Source: Chromera velia
Taxonomy: Eukaryota
Direction: 5' to 3'
Assembly (NCBI GenBank): GCA_018398765.1
Contig: JAHBMJ010000483.1
Location: 1 to 46,675 of the forward strand
Length of the DNA stretch: 46,675 nucleotides
Made by a program: the position numbers and the translations under genes. Below are positions 1 through 11,200 of the stretch, piece after piece (position 1 is the first letter of the stretch; every line of letters begins with the position of its first letter). A model generated the notes under the pieces. It was not told the DNA's origin, did no database searches, and saw nothing but the letters and a program-made list of their open reading frames with translations.

Positions 1-252
1 GAGGGACTCCAAGAGTCAAACTGAGTCATTCAACCAGCAGAGAGACCATCTAGAAGATGCGGAGACCACTCAGCCCAGGCACTAGTAGGCACTCAGGCTG
101 CCAGGAGTCATCATCGATGAAGGCAGGCAGGCATGCAGACAGGGAGGGACTCCAAGAGTCAAACTGAGTCATTCAACCAGCAGAGAGACCATCTAGAAGA
201 TGCGGAGACCACTCAGCCCAGGCACTAGTAGGCACTCAGGCTGCCAGGAGTC
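1..252. repeat. Tandem repeat with a 143-bp period, cut by the left window edge
   Basis: 1-109 recurs exactly at 144-252 (gagggactccaagagtcaaactgag...ctgccaggagtc). Confidence 0.9.
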
Positions 253-1949
253 GAGGGTGCCGTGACGGTCACGACCCTCAAGGGCCCCGGCGCTTCAAAC
301 GGAGTCCCGGCCCCATCGCCGCCGTCTCTGCCGGGGCCTTCAGCGTCACTCTGAGAGAGACGGGCGGTCAGGTCGGTGGCATTGACCGCCTCGTCGTTCG
401 GGGGGGGAACTGCAGAGAGAACGCCAATTTGATGGAGGCAGCAGGGAAAGAAAAAACGGGCCTGGAACCACAAGCCTGAAACGAGCCGTTCTTCCTGCAG
501 TTCTGCTCTCTTTTTTCGTTTTTCTCTTTCAAGTGAGTAAGCGGGTAAGCAAGCATAATAGACAGTATCAATGTGGAGAAGCTAGGGGGACCGACAGTAC
601 AGAACTGAAAGGCCTCCAACAAGCCCGACCGACCGAGGTGAACGCGACAGCAGCTTTCGAGTTAGCTAGGGGCCTACTTCTTAGTATTATTTCTTCCTTT
701 CTGTTTTCTTTCCGCCTTCCTTGCTGTCGCTAATGATTCCTCATTTGATCGTTTTTACTGCCCTTTTTGGCTTGCTTCGCTTGGCTCCTTTCAGTTTCCA
801 TCCTTCTCCCTATCCCGTTTCTCTCTCACCGACCTTCCTTCTGTCCTCCGTCGCTCCGCCCAATTTTTCGCTCTTCCTGTCTTGCCTGGTCTCACTTTCA
901 GACAAGTAGAAGCAGCTACGAAGAAGACATGACAGATTAAAGGTGCACAGCAACTAGAAAGGGACAGAAAGAGAAAGACAGACCGACCTTCTAGAGAAAG
1001 AGACATCGTCAGCAAGAAGGCAAACTTCGAAGACAGACTCCCATACGACCTCACGAGCACATGAGCATCAGTGCCGCCATCCCACCGGAAGACGACTCTC
1101 GACTGATCGGCACACCCGTCATCATTCTGCCCTTTGCACTCGCACTTGGAGGCGTCAGAGGCACCCGTCAGCCCTGCCAAGACCCCAGCACAGTATCCAT
1201 CTGCACGTAATCAGTCAGACGGTCATTCGGGACACAATGGGCAGAGCGGGAAGGGAGGGCTGTCTCAAAGGAAAAAAGAGAGGGCGGAAGCGAAAAGAAG
1301 CAGGTTAATCGAGACCCACTCCTCGCATTGAAAGCTGCAATTTGTTTAATTTCTTCTCTCAGCCCTCCCGAGCTCCACCCTCACCTGACAGTCGTATTAG
1401 CACACGTGTCCACCTCAACCGCCCAAACGGGGCAAGCGGAGGCACACGGAATGTGAACCACACACCACGAGAAAAAGAGCTGCCTCCACAGGAACTAAAG
1501 CCTCCGTCGGCGGTCGCACCGTAGAGGCTTCCCCTCCCATCTTTCCTCCCGTCTCCGTCTCCTCGATTGAGAATCTGTCTGTCACGTTCAGGGCTCCCCG
1601 GATTTCGTCGTTCTCGGGGGCTGCAGGGGGGACTGCACAGAGGGGAGGGAAGGAACAAATCAAGAAGAGGGGCATTACCCACCTGAGATGGCTCGAGGGA
1701 GACCTCTCGAAGAGACGGATGGGAGCTAGGATGGGAGCGAGGAGCGCACCTAGGAGTGCACGCTCATCTGATTGAATCCCCCCCTACCCCCCCCAGAGAA
1801 GCAAAGGAAAGACAAGAGACAGAAGGAAGAGCAAGAAGATGCCTGAAGATCCGAGTCGACCGACCGGAGATACCGCCAGGCACTTCAGGTCCCCCCAGAC
1901 ACGCAGGAACACGAAGAAGGAAGAATAAAATACACGTGAAGCACGTCAT
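253..1949 (-). pseudogene. Spliced gene for a probably secreted protein with bacterial-type pre-peptidase C-terminal (PPC)-like repeats; frameshifted as assembled
   Basis: Minus-strand peptide blocks occur in order: APENDEIRGALNVTDRFS, GATADGGFSSCGGSSFSRGVWFTF, VEVDTCANTT, MDTVLG, CKGQNDDGCADQSRVVFRWDGGTDAHVLVRSYG, then a second repeat start PPPNDEAVNATDLTARLS. These fit the PxND / GVWF / DTC / DTVL / NDDGC..QSRV pattern of PPC-like domains as I recall it. Possible signal peptide MTCFTCILFFLLRVPACLG from ATG 1949. Three frameshifts are needed and the 5' exon structure is uncertain. Confidence 0.55.
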
Positions 1950-2703
1950 CCCTTCAGCGGAGCAAGAGCAAGACGTGATGTACTTCAGCTCTTTCCCTCT
2001 CTCTCTCTCTCCTGTTTTTCTTGTGGTGATCAGAAAAGGGCAGAGGGGCACTCTGTGGCGACTGTGGAGTCTGATGGGAGACCGCAGATGTGTGGACAGA
2101 AGGAGACGGGAACGCGCACGGCGGGAGACGGCTCTACGCTCCACTTTTTCCTCGTGAGTATTGGCACACAAGTGCAGAAGTTTTCCCGTATTGTGGGGCA
2201 GTGCGGTGTCTTTCGAGACGTACGCATGCCGAATATTCGGCTGTATCAGACGGCAGCATTGAGGGGATTGAACCCGGGATTCAGCGGCAGAAGCCTGGAG
2301 ACGGTAGCTCGATCCCGGAATGGTGCATGGTTAGGGCCGGAGAGTTCGCACGGAGTGCGTCACGCATAGATCGGCGAGCTGCGTCTCGACGGAGACGGCA
2401 CGGAGACGGTTTGAATTCGCACATTATTTGTTCTGACTTCCCTGCTTGTTTTTCTTTCGACTCCAAACTTATGAAGATGTATTATGGATGTATACATCCA
2501 CTTGCATTCTGTGGTTGTTTGGCGATTTTAGCCGGCGATTTGGATTCATCCTAGTGACGGAGAGACTGTCAAACACTGTTTGGAAGACCGTAAAGAAGAA
2601 GATCGAAACTGAGCGTCTTCACTTCTACATTTCTTCGCCTTCTGCTCAGTTCTCAAGTTGAAGTTCTGTTTTTCTTTTGTGACACCTTGTCGGCTCTATC
2701 GCC

Positions 2704-4440
2704 ATGACCGCACAATCGTCTGAAGTGCCTCAGAAATTGCTCCCAGTGACCGTACTTTCCGGTTTTTTGGGTGCAGGCAAAACCACGTTACTGAAACAAA
2801 TTCTTCGCAATGCGGGGGACAAAAAGGTGGCTGTGATTGTGAATGACATGGGGGAGATAAATCTAGACGCGTCTGAAATTGCCAACTCCCGTCTAATCCA
2901 GGAAGAAGCCAAAATGGTGGAGATGCACAATGGCTGCATCTGCTGCACGCTCCGAGGCGATCTTCTGAAAACCGTCAAGGCTCTGAGCGAAGAGAAGGTC
3001 TTTGACTTTCTCGTGATAGAGTCTACTGGAATCTCTGAGCCCCTCCCTGTGGCACAGACCTTTGTCATGGATGTGGATGAGCTTGAGGCAGACTCCCAGA
3101 CCGTTCCTGAGGGACAGCCTCAGGCTGCTGATGCAGAGGGTGGCACTGCACAGGCACAGGTGGGCCCTAAGGAGTTGAGGTCCCTGTCTCTGTTTGCCCG
3201 TCTCGACACCATGGTCACCGTAGTAGATACCTTGAACGTTTATGACGTGCTGGGCAGTATCGAGACCCTAGCTGAGAAGAACTCCACTAGCATGTTGGGA
3301 AATTGTGGGGGTCTGAAGGGTATTGAGGGAGGGAAAGGGGGGGGAGGGGAGAGTCAGGGAGAGGGGGAAGAAGTGGACGACCGCACCATTGCCCAGCTGA
3401 TGCTTGACCAGCTCGAATTTGCGAATGTGATTATTTTGAGCAAAGCCCACCTGGTCAAAAGTGCCCTGATCATTCGGGAGATCCGCTCTCTCGTGCAGAA
3501 ACTCAACCCCGCAGCCAAAGTGATAGTTCCCTCCGAACCATTTTTCAGGGACGTGTCCCTAGATGCTCTCCTGAACACTCAGCTGTTCGATATGGAGAAG
3601 GCTCAGATGTCCGCAGGGTGGTTGCGGGAGTTGCAGAAGACGATGGTGGGGGGTCCAGGCCACACCCCCGAGACGGAAGAGTACGGAATTTCGTCAGTGG
3701 TGTTCCGAACGAAAGAGAAACCGTTCCACCCCGAGAGACTCGTGAGGGTCCTCACGGGGTTTGGGAACTACTCGACTAGCGTGGCCGCGGGGAACGGAAG
3801 GGGGGGGGTGCGGGGAAAGGGGCCGGCCATGATCCAGCCTGGACCTCCCTCGGGGGTGTTTGCGGGGGTTGTGCGGGCCAAGGGGCGCATGTGGGTCGCG
3901 AGTGCGAACGCGTTCCCTGTTGCCTTCCAAGTCGCAGGGAGGCACGTGAACCTGATCCCTGAACAGCGGCCGTACGTTGCCGCCATCCCCCGGGCCGACT
4001 GGGACGAGGAAGACAAGAAGAAGCATGAGTACCTAGCCTCCCACGATGCTTGGCACCCTGAGAATGGTGACCGTGACACCTCTTTGGTGTTTATCGGCAT
4101 CGGTCTCGACAAGGCCCGAATTTTGACGACTTTGAAGGTGGCACTGCTCACCGACAAAGAGATGTCGGGGGGTGTTTCTGAATGGAAAGAGATGAAGGAT
4201 GTTTTCTTTGGGGGTCTGTACTTTGATCTCGAGTCCAGTGCTGAGCGCTGGTTGCAGACGACCACAGAAGCAATTTTGGCAAAGATGAAGTCGGAGATGC
4301 AGCCTGGGAAGGAATTTGACGAAGAAGGAATGCGGCGGATGATTCGAGACAGACTCGTCTCTGTACACGGCAACAGCAACTCTGCAGAGGGAAAGGAAGA
4401 GGGGGGGGAGAAAGGGAGTGGCGGGGCCGGTCTGAATTGA
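2704..4440 (+). CDS. COG0523 (CobW/YciC/Zng1 family) G3E P-loop GTPase, putative zinc metallochaperone; single exon, 578 aa
   Basis: Walker A GFLGAGKTT, VIVNDMGE, metal-binding GCICC, Walker B FLVIESTG, LDTMVTVVD, QLEFANVIILSK, and CobW_C motifs HTPETEEYGISS, PFHPERL and VVRAKG; gccATG start, TGA stop. Confidence 0.95.
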   Translation: MTAQSSEVPQKLLPVTVLSGFLGAGKTTLLKQILRNAGDKKVAVIVNDMGEINLDASEIANSRLIQEEAKMVEMHNGCICCTLRGDLLKTVKALSEEKVFDFLVIESTGISEPLPVAQTFVMDVDELEADSQTVPEGQPQAADAEGGTAQAQVGPKELRSLSLFARLDTMVTVVDTLNVYDVLGSIETLAEKNSTSMLGNCGGLKGIEGGKGGGGESQGEGEEVDDRTIAQLMLDQLEFANVIILSKAHLVKSALIIREIRSLVQKLNPAAKVIVPSEPFFRDVSLDALLNTQLFDMEKAQMSAGWLRELQKTMVGGPGHTPETEEYGISSVVFRTKEKPFHPERLVRVLTGFGNYSTSVAAGNGRGGVRGKGPAMIQPGPPSGVFAGVVRAKGRMWVASANAFPVAFQVAGRHVNLIPEQRPYVAAIPRADWDEEDKKKHEYLASHDAWHPENGDRDTSLVFIGIGLDKARILTTLKVALLTDKEMSGGVSEWKEMKDVFFGGLYFDLESSAERWLQTTTEAILAKMKSEMQPGKEFDEEGMRRMIRDRLVSVHGNSNSAEGKEEGGEKGSGGAGLN

Positions 4441-5129
4441 GTGCTGCCTGCCTGCGAGCTTCGACGCGAGCAGCTGGAGAGGTTCTGATTGAGTTTGCAT
4501 CATTCTAGCTTGACAGAGACCTCCCCTTCCCCTTTTCTTCGTTCGGCCTTCACAATCTTGCCTCCCTTGTGCGTGCGTGAGGTGATGGTGATGTTGGTCT
4601 GAACCTTTTTTTGTGACAGTTGACAGTCTCCTTTCCGTCTTGGTGACTGCGGCATAAGTGTGCGTACCTTGAGGTGCGCCAGATTTGTTTAGGTTTTTTG
4701 GTGCATGCCTAGAGGTGCTCCGAAAATGTGCAGCTTTTTTGTGTTACCTTTCTTCTTGCCGTCTTCTCTCTCGATCGCCGGTGTGCATGCTGGGAGGTGC
4801 TGTTCCCTTGTGGGGATGCTCTTCATGATCGACGCGTCCTTTTGCTGCTCGACAGGCACAATGGAGGTGCAGTTGCTGGAGCGATGTACATGCCTTTCCG
4901 TTTTCTTTTTCCCTTCCTTCCTTCCGTCCTTCCTTCCTTCCTTCCTTCCTTCCTTCGTTCCTTCGTGCGTTCGTTCATTTCTTCGTTTCTTTTCTCTTTT
5001 ACTGTCTTTCTTTTTTTTTTTTTTTGCGTTTTCGGTCCAATCGTTCCTTCTTCTGAGTCGCTCTTTTCTTCAGTGACTCTTCTCGAGTATTTTGTTGTCA
5101 ATTCTCAAGTTTGTTTCCTTGGTTAATTA

Positions 5130-5960
5130 TGGTATGATTTCTGATCATCCACGACAATGCCAGTGACATTGAATGCAAGTTGAGGCACGGTTATAGGTAG
5201 CAATAGACCATCGAATACAAATACAATTATACGTGTATGTAATATAAAGTAGAATCTCAGTGATCATCTCACGCGCATCATGATCCTTTTCTATTTGCCA
5301 AAGTGTGATCTTCAAGTTTCTAAACACTAAAATCCTATGTATAGACTCATTGCATGTAGAATCAATGGTTAAATGATGATGATATCATGGTAATTAATTG
5401 AGCCGTTCACATTTTAAATTATGATTCGTAGAATAAGATAGGCTAAGATATGTCACCACGGTGTACATAGTGACAGTACACTCTCCATCTAGTGTACACT
5501 TTAAGTTTCCCATTTAAAAACAGAAAAGTGCTATAATATAGATATAAATTACCTATAGAATGTGCGCTGGGTAGATTCCTGGTAGAATGATATTTAATGC
5601 ATTCAATAATCCCGGCAGAAGAATATTTAATGTATAATTCAGATATATAGAGAGATACATTTCTTACATCTAATTAAATGTTTTGAAAGTAGAACTTCGA
5701 ACAACACAAAATTTATATGGCTTACTAGTGTATGGCTATACTTGCTAATGATAAATTTCAAACAAAAATTTAAATATAATCGGAAAATCCGGTCTTTGTA
5801 TCAAATTTCCAAGTTACGATCATAATTAATGACTTTTTTCTTTTTGTTTTTGATGCTCACCCAGATCTAGACCCATCTAGACCCTGATGGCGATCCAAAT
5901 AAAGATGTACAGCGGTGTACGCCATATATCGCCTAGTACATCGATGTACATCGCAACCTT
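5130..5960. other. AT/TpA-rich non-coding island, probably decayed repeat DNA
   Basis: Abrupt compositional switch relative to the GC-rich flanking genes, with short internal repeats (tatttaatg x2, atctagaccc x2, gatgtac). Boundaries are approximate. Confidence 0.6.
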
Positions 5961-6086
5961 CTCGAAACTTCCGAAGAACCGGTCACCTTGAGAACACTTT
6001 CCACTGCTTGCACACACGAGGAGACTTCACTTTTCACTACACGTCAAATCACATGGCAACATGTATGATCCAGACACATGACTGTA

Positions 6087-7508
6087 TCACGCCGAGTCCG
6101 AGTCGTCTGCACTGACTCCACCTACACTGCCACGCCTACCTGGATCCCTCAGTTACTTAGATTCAGTCTTCGCAAGCGCTGCATTGACTATCTTTCTCAC
6201 GGATTCAAAAGAAGTTGCAAGCCTGAGGCCGCTCTCAGGGTCCCAGCTCGTGTGCAGTCCTACAAGCTCCCCCCCTGTCTCTGTAAACAGAGGAGCCCCC
6301 GAGTGACCCCAATAGGTCCAGCAACTGTGCCCAACCTGGAACGCAGTAAGACCCTCAGTCCCCCTCCCCCCTTTTGTCTGCAGTCTCCCAACAGACACGT
6401 GCCACACGGGGGGGACCACCCCCAGCTCCCTCTCCCTGCTGGAGGAGGACTCGAGGTCGATGTTGCTGGGATTCCCCACACACACGAGACGGGACTGGTC
6501 TTAGGGAGCGGCGGTGGCAACAGTGGCAGCCGGGGGAAGAAAAAGTCCGGACTCGGGAAAGAGGGGGGAGACGGGGGGGGCCTCTGTCAACTGTGCCTGA
6601 ATTTGGAGTGCTGCGATGTCGGCATCGTCATCAGCAAAGACACACACAGCGAGGTAGACGGACCCGTCAGGGGGGAAGACTACCAACTTCCTTCGTCCCT
6701 CTCTTTTGGGCACCACTCTTTCCCGTGGCTCTGGCTCCTTCTTTTTCTTTTCCACACATTTTTCATTCTTTGGTTTTCTTTCACTTTCCGAGTCAGACGA
6801 AGATTCTGAGCTAGACTCAGAATCAGAGTCGGAGTCAGAGTCTTCGTCCTCTTCCTCATCGTCGTCATCATTTTCCACCACATGAGCAGCAGTCAAGATA
6901 ATTCCATTCCCGACATGAACCCCCGTCCCACCCCCTGCCTGTGCAAAGTGACAAGTCGCCCCCAGAATCGGACCTTCCGCCAGCCCTTTCACCCAGTCGT
7001 ATATGTCGGTGTCTGCTGGTGCTCTCCAAAACTGTCGCCTCTCGACAAACTTTAAAGGGCGGGCCGCGATCCCTTCAGCGAACAGGTGGCGAATCTCGCT
7101 GACCTTCTGTCCTCCTGTCAACGTTCTGGTCCTCCTCAGTGATTTCAACAGAAAGATCAAAGGGCTGATCACAGATGAGCGAAGCCATTGTGCTGCTGCG
7201 GTCTTGCTCGCTCTAGCACAGAACACCCACTTATCCTCGTGCTGCAGATAGATCTGGGACTCTCGATCAGGTCCTATCAAATGGGCAAGGACGCTCCTGA
7301 GCTCGTTAAGGGAATGGTTCCGAAGGATCCAATCGTGCACTGCAGAGCATACTCGCTTGTCCTTTGGGTCCTTGGAGTGAGCCTCTGGACTCGGGCACAG
7401 CTCCACACATTTCCGAACAAGGTCAGTCAGTACAGACACACTTGATGCGGCTTCAGAGGCTTTCGGGTCGACAAGCCCGTTCGCGCCTTCTCTTCCTCGT
7501 TTTGCCAT
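6087..7508 (-). pseudogene. Intronless trypsin-like (PA clan) serine protease with an in-frame TAA at 6501-6503, and possibly a second at 6153-6155
   Basis: One reading frame from ATG 7508 contains GTGVHVGNGIILTAAHVV (His), DADIAALQI (Asp), then ATAAP*DQSRLVCVGNP and HSCWTYWGHSGAPL (Ser). The ORFs 6501..7550 and 6153..6485 are in the same frame. Confidence 0.85.
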
Positions 7509-7579
7509 GCCGGAGGCACAGACAATCTGACAGGGAAGCCAGCACAGCAAAAGTCACTGCCTGCGTGAATGAAGATCAG

Positions 7580-7909
7580 TCATGAAGAAGGGACATGAGC
7601 ATGGTATGAATTTTGTGTTGGGCGCGCAGCGAACTAAACACTATACGCCCCCGGAAAATATACGCGCGTTTTCGGCCCCGGAAACTGAGCTCGCGTCCTC
7701 GGCGGGCCCCGGCATGCTCCGTATCGATACGTATAGGCGTGCGGCAGCTCTGCATGTGCCGGGGCCCATGCAGGTCTTTTAATACGCGTGTGCATGCATG
7801 GCCCTCCGCGCGAGCTGAACCGGTTGGGCCGGGACGCAATTCATGCACACCGATACAGAATCGTATTACAGATCCGCAGCATTCACAAACTGCATGTGTT
7901 ATACTACCG

Positions 7910-7941
<32 letters not shown>

Positions 7942-8268
7942 GAATATATATATATATATACATATATAGGACTGCATTGTCTGTTCGAAGTTGACTCTGA
8001 ATGATCAATCTGCATGACAACCTACATTCAAATGAAAGTTCCTAGACAGTAGTAGAGGCGAGAGGCACGAACAGCCCACCAGCACAGAGTTTACGATAAC
8101 AGAAGACACAGGGGGAGTCGCAATTGTGGAGCTACAAGCCTTGCTTCATGCATTTGTGTGGTCAAGTGCCCATCGCAAGGGTGACCTACACCTACACATA
8201 CACCTGAGTTTCTGATTGATTGTGCGGCTTGAGACAAAGGAGAAGAGATACTCTAGACATCGACAAGA
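7580..8268. promoter_or_regulatory. Probable divergent promoter region between the protease and RCC1 genes
   Basis: Head-to-head starts at 7508 (-) and 8269 (+); GC-rich patches, several TGCATG motifs and a (CA)n/(TA)n tract. Function is inferred from position only. Confidence 0.4.
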
Positions 8269-11200
8269 ATGACAACTCAAGTGACAGATTCATTCGATCC
8301 CTACTCACTCACCAAGGTAGCATGCGGCCTGAACCACACTCTCGCAGTTGGCCTCGCTGATTTTGACGTAGACGATGCCGCAAGTGCCTGGGCAAAGACG
8401 GATCTGTATGCCTGGGGCAAGCCCTCTCTGTTCATCGGATGCGACATCAAGGTTGACAACAGAACGTCCAAGGTGGGGAAGGACACGGAGATAGGAGGGG
8501 CACTGAAGTCGCCTGTCCCTCTGGAGAGGTTCAAGAAGAGCCACGTGTTCACCGTTGCTTGCGGGACTCACCACTCAGTAGCGGTAGAGAGGAAGAAGAA
8601 GGGCAACCACTTTGGAGGCAGGGTGTTTGCCTGGGGTCTGGGGAACAGAGGCCGACTCGGGTTCTCGTACAGGGACCAGGCGGACGGGGAGGAGCCAGAG
8701 GACAAACAGTGGTACTCCAAGGGGCCTAAACTGGTGAAGTTCAAAAGAACAGAGGCACACCTGTACATTGCAAGGGTGACCTGCGGGTCCGACCACACGC
8801 TGGCTCTGTCTGAAGACGGCAGATTGTTCTCCTGGGGGGTGGGGGCGTTTGGGGCTCTGGGAACAGGGAAGACCGAGGATGTGCACTACCCTGTGCAGGT
8901 AGGTGAGTGGGCACCTTAGTTGGCAAATTGCGGGGCTGTCCGTCCATTGATTTTTGTCGTCTCTCTCTTTTTTTGTGTGTTTTGGTTTTCTTTTTCTTCT
9001 TTTGAGGACAGCAACTTGTGTCTGCTGTTCCTACGAGGCATGGTTTCGACCAGGATTCTTGTGAATGAGTCATCAATGATGCAAGCTTGACTCTTTGTTG
9101 ATTGGAAATTCTGTCAAACTGCAGGTGCACATAGGAGAGGACGAGCGGGTTTTCCACGCTTCTGCCGGAGCGAAGCACTCGATTGTGTGCACGCGGAAGG
9201 GCCTGTGCTTCTCTTGGGGACACGGGGCCAACGGGCGGCTGGGACTCGGGCACTCACGCAACGTGCTGGAACCCGAAATGTTAGAGAGCCTCAGACACAA
9301 ACCCGTCAAGTTCGTGGCAGCAGGGGAGTCCCACAGCGCTGTGATTGGAAGGGCCGGGGACGTTCTGACTTTCGGAGCCGGGACTTACGGAAGGCTGGGT
9401 CATGGGGAGGACTCGGACTCCCCTGTGCCTAGACAAATACTAGGACTAAAGGAGGAGGTGATTGTGCAGGTAGCATGCGGGACTTTCCACAATCTTGCGC
9501 TGACCCAGGGAGGCAAGCTGTTTGCATGGGGGTCTGGTGCTCCCGTGGGAATCGGGGGGGGTTCCGACTCTGTGGTCGTGGGCGTTCCGCAGCAGGTTGG
9601 TTTTTTGGCCTCTTTGGTCCCGTTTGTCTGTTGACAATTAGTGCCTTCTGAGTTACTGTGAGCGAGAAGGGGGGTTCCATTTGTGTGTGCTCTCTGGGGG
9701 GAGAATAGGGAAGAGAGGACCTGCTTTGGTTGAGGCATGGGTGGCTTTTGAGTTCAGCAGGGAGTGTGAAATGAGAGGGGTTTCTTCTGAACTGGTTTTT
9801 CTTTGTGTGGTGGTGGTCCGTTAAATCATTCTCTTTTTTTCGTCGGTTTCTTTCTCTTCAAGGGCAACGGTTCTACGATAAGATGATTGTGCACGCGGTT
9901 TGAAGCATGCACCCTTGAGAACTGATTGTGTGATGGAAGGCCTGCTCTCTTTCATCTCCGCTGTGCTCATTGCTCTGACCCTTCAGGTCGACTCTCCATA
10001 CGTTTACTTTCATATTATTTTTTGCATTTTCTTTCATACAGAATAAGAAAATTCTGTATGAAAGAAAATGCATGCATTGCTCTGACCCTTCAGGTCGACT
10101 CTCCATACTTCACAGACAAGATTCTCCAGGTACGTGAGTGAGCCTTCTCTTCAGGTTTTGTTCACTGATATGGAGCATTGGAGAGTGCTCCTTTCTTTCT
10201 TGGAAAGATTGTCCTTTCCAGCCAGGGAAGCAGGTGCGAGGTCCTCTCGTCTGTTCTCGTGTCTTCTTTTCGTGGTAAATGGAAGAGAACTGTTTCTCCA
10301 CAGATGCATGGGTGCCCTCATCACGTACAAAGGAGGGGGGGTTCTCTCTGGTGTCAATTTGTTCAAGTTGCTCGGGTGTTGGACCACGTGCGTGCGTCAA
10401 GTGAATTTTCTCGAAAGAAGGAACGTCCCCAGCCGGGACTCTGTTTGAATTTGCGATGCAACTGCGAGAGAGCAAGGAGGTGTGAATGGTTCCCTGTGAG
10501 AATTGCATACAGAAAAGAAAATAAATGAGGGGATTACATTGCAGGTGGCCTGCAGCACCTACCACAGCGTCGCTCTGAGGGCTGACGGCACCATTTTGGC
10601 CTGGGGCATCTCGGGAGGGGGGCACAGACTGGGCCTGGACAGGGAGGGCAACGAGTGGACACCCCAAATCATCCCAGAGCTCCGAGACCTAGGAGATGTG
10701 GACCACTTCAAACTAGTGAAGGGGTCTAGGGACTCGGCAGGGGAGAGAGATCAGGGCAAGGCGGGAGGGGAGCAGGAAGAGGCCGTGGAGAGACAGGGCG
10801 GCGGGGGTTCAGGTGTTGTGGAGATTGCCTGTGGAGGGGCCCACTCTGCTGCTGTGAATATGAACGGCGTGTTGTTCCTCTGGGGGTCGGGGGACAAGGG
10901 ACAACTTGGGTCGGGGGCTGCACGGCTGGAGGTGAGTGAGGAGAGAGTGGCTGTTTCTTCCCTCACGTTCTTTTCACGTGTTCCCGGCTTTGTGTGGTTG
11001 TTGCTGTTCTCTCCATCCGATCACAAGATTCCCTTCCCTCCCAAACGTTCCCTCCGTCTACACATTCCCTCCCGTGCGGGCACACACAAATGGATGGACG
11101 CCCCCCTGCATGTGCAGGATGTGAGTGCCCCCCGTCCTCTCCGGAACTTCTCCAGAGGGGTCCGCAAGGTTGCCTGTGGGGGGGAGCACACGCTCGTGGC

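Noticed and set aside
10932..11117. Stop-free 186-nt stretch making ORF 10503..11279 look continuous
   Set aside because: It has a strong gtgagt donor and tgcag acceptor, and its translation interrupts an RCC1 repeat, so it is treated as an ordinary intron.
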